In this document: positions 33,442-36,237 of the stretch, one piece after another
Position numbering within the stretch: position 1 is the stretch's first letter
Layout: every line of letters begins with the position of its first letter
DNA from: a virus
Strand: one strand, 5' to 3'
DNA length: 36,237 nt
IMG/VR virus record: IMGVR_UViG_3300021295_000040
Location: 1 to 36,237 of that record
The notes under the pieces: generated by a model
What the model saw: only the letters and a program-made list of their open reading frames with translations
What the model was told of the DNA's origin: nothing
Databases searched by the model: none
Position numbers and translations under genes: made by a program

Positions 33442-36237
33442 ATGTCAGTTGATGTCGAAAGTGAAGCAATGCTTGAAGAAAAATTCATAGAACAACTGCA
33501 AAGAATGGGCTATGAAAGAATCAAAATAAAAAATGAAGAACAGCTAAATGCTAATTTTAAGAAACAATTGGAAAAATTAAATAAAAAAGAGCTAAATGGA
33601 AGTAGAATAACTGATGAAGAATTTGAAAGAATACTCATTTACCTCGATTCTGGTTCAATTTTCGACAAAGCCGACAAACTAAGAGATGAATATACTATTA
33701 AAAGAGATAATGAACCATCAGTATCAATTAAATTTTTAAATCAAAAAGATTGGTGTAAAAACATATTTCAAGTGTCTAACCAAATTACAATGAGAAGTAA
33801 ACATGAATATCGTTATGATGTAACAATATTGATAAATGGTTTGCCATTGGTCCAGGTTGAACTAAAAAGAAGATCAGTAGCAATATCCGAAGCGTTTAAT
33901 CAAGTAAAAAAATACATGAAATATTCTTATAAAAATTTATTTGGATATATACAAATTTTTATTGTAAGTAATGGTTTAGAAACAAAATATTTTGCTAATA
34001 GAAGACCTGATGATGTGAATTTTGGATACACATTCTATTGGAAAGATAAAAACAATGAAAATATTCATTCACTAGAACAATTTACAGAAGATTTTCTTGA
34101 AAAATGTAATATTGCTAAAATGATTTCTAAATTCATGGTGCTCAATGAATCAACAAAAGAATTAATGGTCCTAAGAGCTTATCAAAAATATGCTGTAGAT
34201 GCAGTATTAGAACAAGCATTAGAAAATAAACGGAACGGATATGTTTACCACACTACTGGAAGTGGTAAAACATTAACTTCATTCAAAGTAAGCCAATTAT
34301 TGTCAGAAGAACCCTCAATTCATAAAGTAATTTTTGTAGTAGATAGGCGGGATTTGAATGACCAAACCAATAAAGAATTCAATAAATTTTGTCCTAAATG
34401 TGTAGGAACTTCAGAACATACTGGAGCATTAGTTAAAAATCTATTGAGTGATAAAAATAAACTAATCACAACAACTATTCAAAAATTAGCAATTGCAGTA
34501 AATAGAAAACACACCAAAAATAAATTAGAAAAAATTAAAGATGAAAATATTATTTTAATCTACGATGAATGTCACAGAAGTCAATTTGGAAAAATGCAGC
34601 AAGACATAAGTAATTTCTTTAAAAATAGTTTATCTTATGGATTTACTGGAACGCCAATCTTTGAAGAAAATGCAAAAGGTTTAAAAACAACCAAAACGAT
34701 TTTTGGAGATAGATTACACACTTATATGATTAAAGATGCAATCGCAGATCATAACGTTTTAGGTTTTTCAATAGATTACTATAATACATTAAAAATGAAA
34801 GAAGGAGTTATTGATGAAGAAGTATATTCCATTAAAATAAATGAAGCCTACGCATCTGAAGAAAGATTAAATTTAATTGTGGACCATATTCTTGATAGTT
34901 ATAATGCAAAAACAAAAAATCGTGAATTTAACGCCATATTCGCTGTTTCCCAAAAAACTAAAGATAATCCATCAGGATTTATACATGATTATTATAAATT
35001 GTTTAAAGAAAAAATAAAAGAAAGAAACATAGATTTTAAACTAGCAACAATTTTTACATATGCAGCTAATGAAAATCTTGATGAAAAAGAAAAACATTCA
35101 CAAGAATTATTAGATGAATATATGGCAGATTATAATAAAATGTTTGGAACAAACTTCAATACAGAAACTATGAGAGAATATCACCGTGATGTTTGTAAAA
35201 GAATGAAGACACGTGAAATAGACTTATTATTAGTAATAAACATGTTTTTAACAGGTTTTGACAGTAAACTTTTAAACACATTGTATGTTGATAAGAACTT
35301 AGAATATCATGGATTATTACAAGCATTTTCAAGAACAAACAGGATTTATAATGCACATAAATCTCATGGAAATATCGTCTGTTACAGGCCGCTGCATAAA
35401 GAAGTAGATAAAGCAATAGCATTATTTTCAAATAATTCCCCTCCAGAAGATATATTCATAGAACCATATAAAAAACTTGTAGAAATATTTAACAATGATT
35501 TAAAAGAATTACACAAGTTAGTTAAATCAGCACAAGAAGTATATAAGCTCCAAAGTGAAAAACAACAATTAAAATTTGTTGTAGGATTTAAAAAATTAAT
35601 GAAAACAAAAAATAAACTAGACACTTATTTAGAATTTACTTTTAATGATTTGGATTTAGAAGAACAAGACTATGAAGATTTTACGGGGGCTTATCTAAAT
35701 ATAAAAGAAAAAGTAGACCAACGAAAAAAGACAAACGGCGGAGGCACCACAATCTTAGATGATATTGATTTTGAATTAGAGTATCTTAAAACCGATAAAA
35801 TCAATGTAGATTATATTTTGGAATTACTTGAAAATATGAATATAACAGACAATCCTAAAAAAGGAAGAGAAAAAATTGTAAAAATGATGGAAAATACTGT
35901 CCATTTAAGGAGTAAAATAAAATTAATGGAAAAGTTCATGGATTCTGAACTTAGACGTATTAAAGAGAATGATTTAAATATAAAAGAAGAATTTGATAAC
36001 TTTGTCAATAACGAGAGGCGACAAGCCATATGTGATTTAATTGATGAAGAACAATTAAGTGAAGAAATAACAAGGGAGTTATTAAGCGAATATGAATTTT
36101 CGGAAAAATTAGATGAACAATTAATCAGAGAAGCTTTTAAAGACAAAACTTTAAAATATAGAGATCGAAAAGCAAAAATTAAAAAAGTTAAAGAAGAAAT
36201 TTTAGACATATTTGATGTGTTCGATTTAAATAGGTGA
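33442..36237 (+). CDS. hsdR: Type I restriction endonuclease subunit R (start probably MSVDVE at 33442; track ORF begins 33391)
   Basis: Nuclease RYDVTILINGLPLVQVELK, Walker A HTTGSGKT, DECHRS, GFTGTP, MFLTGFD and QAFSRTNR helicase motifs. Confidence 0.95.
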   Translation: MSVDVESEAMLEEKFIEQLQRMGYERIKIKNEEQLNANFKKQLEKLNKKELNGSRITDEEFERILIYLDSGSIFDKADKLRDEYTIKRDNEPSVSIKFLNQKDWCKNIFQVSNQITMRSKHEYRYDVTILINGLPLVQVELKRRSVAISEAFNQVKKYMKYSYKNLFGYIQIFIVSNGLETKYFANRRPDDVNFGYTFYWKDKNNENIHSLEQFTEDFLEKCNIAKMISKFMVLNESTKELMVLRAYQKYAVDAVLEQALENKRNGYVYHTTGSGKTLTSFKVSQLLSEEPSIHKVIFVVDRRDLNDQTNKEFNKFCPKCVGTSEHTGALVKNLLSDKNKLITTTIQKLAIAVNRKHTKNKLEKIKDENIILIYDECHRSQFGKMQQDISNFFKNSLSYGFTGTPIFEENAKGLKTTKTIFGDRLHTYMIKDAIADHNVLGFSIDYYNTLKMKEGVIDEEVYSIKINEAYASEERLNLIVDHILDSYNAKTKNREFNAIFAVSQKTKDNPSGFIHDYYKLFKEKIKERNIDFKLATIFTYAANENLDEKEKHSQELLDEYMADYNKMFGTNFNTETMREYHRDVCKRMKTREIDLLLVINMFLTGFDSKLLNTLYVDKNLEYHGLLQAFSRTNRIYNAHKSHGNIVCYRPLHKEVDKAIALFSNNSPPEDIFIEPYKKLVEIFNNDLKELHKLVKSAQEVYKLQSEKQQLKFVVGFKKLMKTKNKLDTYLEFTFNDLDLEEQDYEDFTGAYLNIKEKVDQRKKTNGGGTTILDDIDFELEYLKTDKINVDYILELLENMNITDNPKKGREKIVKMMENTVHLRSKIKLMEKFMDSELRRIKENDLNIKEEFDNFVNNERRQAICDLIDEEQLSEEITRELLSEYEFSEKLDEQLIREAFKDKTLKYRDRKAKIKKVKEEILDIFDVFDLNR

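Noticed and set aside
530-35624. Many short track ORFs antisense to or overlapping real genes (e.g. 530-850, 1154-1342, 2972-3238, 4898-5320, 10532-10846, 15101-15739, 26252-26521, 28148-28501, 35382-35624)
   Set aside because: Shadow frames of longer motif-bearing genes, with Ser/Leu/Phe-rich composition and no RBS.

Overview
AT-rich segment of a tailed archaeal virus or provirus. The host is most likely a Methanobrevibacter-like methanogen, judged from a Methanobrevibacter-type adhesin, GGTGA ribosome-binding sites, TATA-box promoters, a TFIIB-type Zn ribbon and a PeiW-like transglutaminase motif. Reading right to left on the minus strand from about 30,100: a degenerate thymidylate-kinase/Zn-finger gene, a TFB Zn-ribbon gene, two holin-like genes, a DNA-modification cluster (radical SAM, small adenine MTase, ParB-like, TGT/DpdA-like transglycosylase, YhhQ/VUT transporter), small genes under a repeated promoter cassette, terS, a GIY-YIG endonuclease, terL, an antisense 4-kb adhesin, portal, Mu-F-like head protein, protease/scaffold, major capsid protein, neck genes, tail sheath, tube, chaperone, tape measure protein, and a truncated baseplate-hub/cell-wall hydrolase gene at 1-2166 that the ORF track missed. 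The 30.1-33.4 kb region holds orphan ORFs and three promoter-plus-hairpin units that look like a set of small RNAs. The window ends with a type I restriction subunit (hsdR). No integrase, att site, tRNA, CRISPR array or reverse transcriptase is visible. Highlights: (1) three minus-strand putative sRNAs with exactly conserved promoter geometry and a shared UGCUUUUUUU motif; (2) a dpdA-yhhQ 7-deazaguanine modification cluster; (3) a CCC.UAA +1 frameshift that would fuse an Ig-like domain to the capsid protein; (4) cargo genes bracketed by decayed duplicates of the upstream gene's 3' end. All family assignments come from manual motif reading, not database searches.
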